DNA of 25,088 bases from positions 1-25,088 of the IMG/VR virus record IMGVR_UViG_3300017700_000475. The stretch is one strand, 5' to 3'. Below the pieces are notes generated by a model. It was given only the letters and a program-made list of their open reading frames with translations, did not search any database and was not told the origin of the DNA. Positions 24,502 to 25,088 of the stretch are shown piece by piece. This stretch comes from a virus. Taxonomy: Duplodnaviria > Caudoviricetes. The translations under genes and the position numbers were made by a program. Position 1 is the first letter of the stretch. Every line of letters starts with the position of its first letter.

Positions 24502-24848
24502 GGCATTACCTTTCCGATTTCAGCAGCGGCGCGGACTATGGCGCGGCGGGTGGCGGCTTCAAGGCCACCGTATTTGTGCGCTTCACATGCATGCCATATT
24601 TGGTCGGGTCGCCGCACGGCGGTCCCATACCCGTTGTCCACGTGGATGTGCAAATGGAGCTTCACAGCCAGCCGCAGCGCGTCGCCGTCATCGGTGAGCG
24701 GGTTCCACTGGCCGGATATTTGGTGCGGGTTGCGGACGCTGTCGTTGATAAGCATGTCCTGACAGGCGGGGTCATTCAATCTGCTGCGAAGAACGACAAT
24801 CCCCGCAGCCTTAGCCGCCAGCTCAAGCAGTTCGCGGTCGGCGCTCAT
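24498..24848 (-). CDS. Conserved-type hypothetical phage protein
   Basis: Start MSADRELLELAAKAAG at 24848; 'WNPLTDDGDALRLAVKL' and 'ATRRAIVRAAAEIG' motifs. Confidence 0.78.
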   Translation of the reverse strand: MSADRELLELAAKAAGIVVLRSRLNDPACQDMLINDSVRNPHQISGQWNPLTDDGDALRLAVKLHLHIHVDNGYGTAVRRPDQIWHACEAHKYGGLEAATRRAIVRAAAEIGKVMP

Positions 24849-25087
24849 GTCATCGCCTCCACAGCAGCAACAGCCGCCACAAAACAAAGCGCCACGCCAC
24901 AAACAACGGCGCAAATCTTGCCCAGCTCGTTGAGTTCGTCCCACTGGTTGCCAACCCAATCCAGCACACGGTGCAGCCTGCTCGGGCCGGTGTAGGCTTC
25001 GATGTGCAGCGCCTGGTTCGGCTCCCAGAAGTGGCGGGCGGCTTTGTCGTGCGGTGTTTCGCGGGCTGGGCAGTTTGGTCCGCGCGT
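24845..25087 (-). CDS. Hypothetical protein with a C-terminal TM, 5'-truncated (not in ORF track)
   Basis: Open frame from the window edge: TRGPNCPARETPHD...KICAVVCGVALCFVAAVAAVEAMT*; its stop overlaps the next ATG (ATGA). Confidence 0.6.
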   Translation of the reverse strand, partial: TRGPNCPARETPHDKAARHFWEPNQALHIEAYTGPSRLHRVLDWVGNQWDELNELGKICAVVCGVALCFVAAVAAVEAMT

Positions 25088-25088
25088 G

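Noticed and set aside
1-25088. CRISPR array, IS element or intron
   Set aside because: No regularly spaced repeats, transposase motifs or interrupted genes were noticed by eye.

Overview
The whole window is part of a temperate, P22-like (short-tailed) phage genome, probably from a betaproteobacterial host (inference from protein style). The + strand carries the late operon: terminase large subunit 3' end, portal, scaffold, P22-type coat, head accessory genes, gp4/gp10-like tail hub, three ejection proteins, tail fibre and chaperone, and a lysis cassette with a DUF3380 muramidase. The - strand carries an accessory operon, an intact attP containing only the 5' half of tRNA-Arg(UCU), a tyrosine integrase, a DUF4224 excisionase-like gene, small early genes, an HNH endonuclease and a YqaJ-exonuclease/Erf recombination pair. 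Phage genes lie on both sides of attP, so this is the non-integrated form. Most notable: (i) a Maf/DUF115 (MptE-like) putative glycosyltransferase in the capsid module next to a Thr-rich head protein, suggesting virion glycosylation; (ii) a coupled accessory operon beside attP encoding a signal-peptide HNH protein, a glycan-locus-type SAM methyltransferase and an unannotated 33-aa membrane peptide; (iii) an attP that would replace the 5' end, and hence the promoter, of a rare-codon tRNA. All family assignments come from motif recognition and synteny, not database searches.
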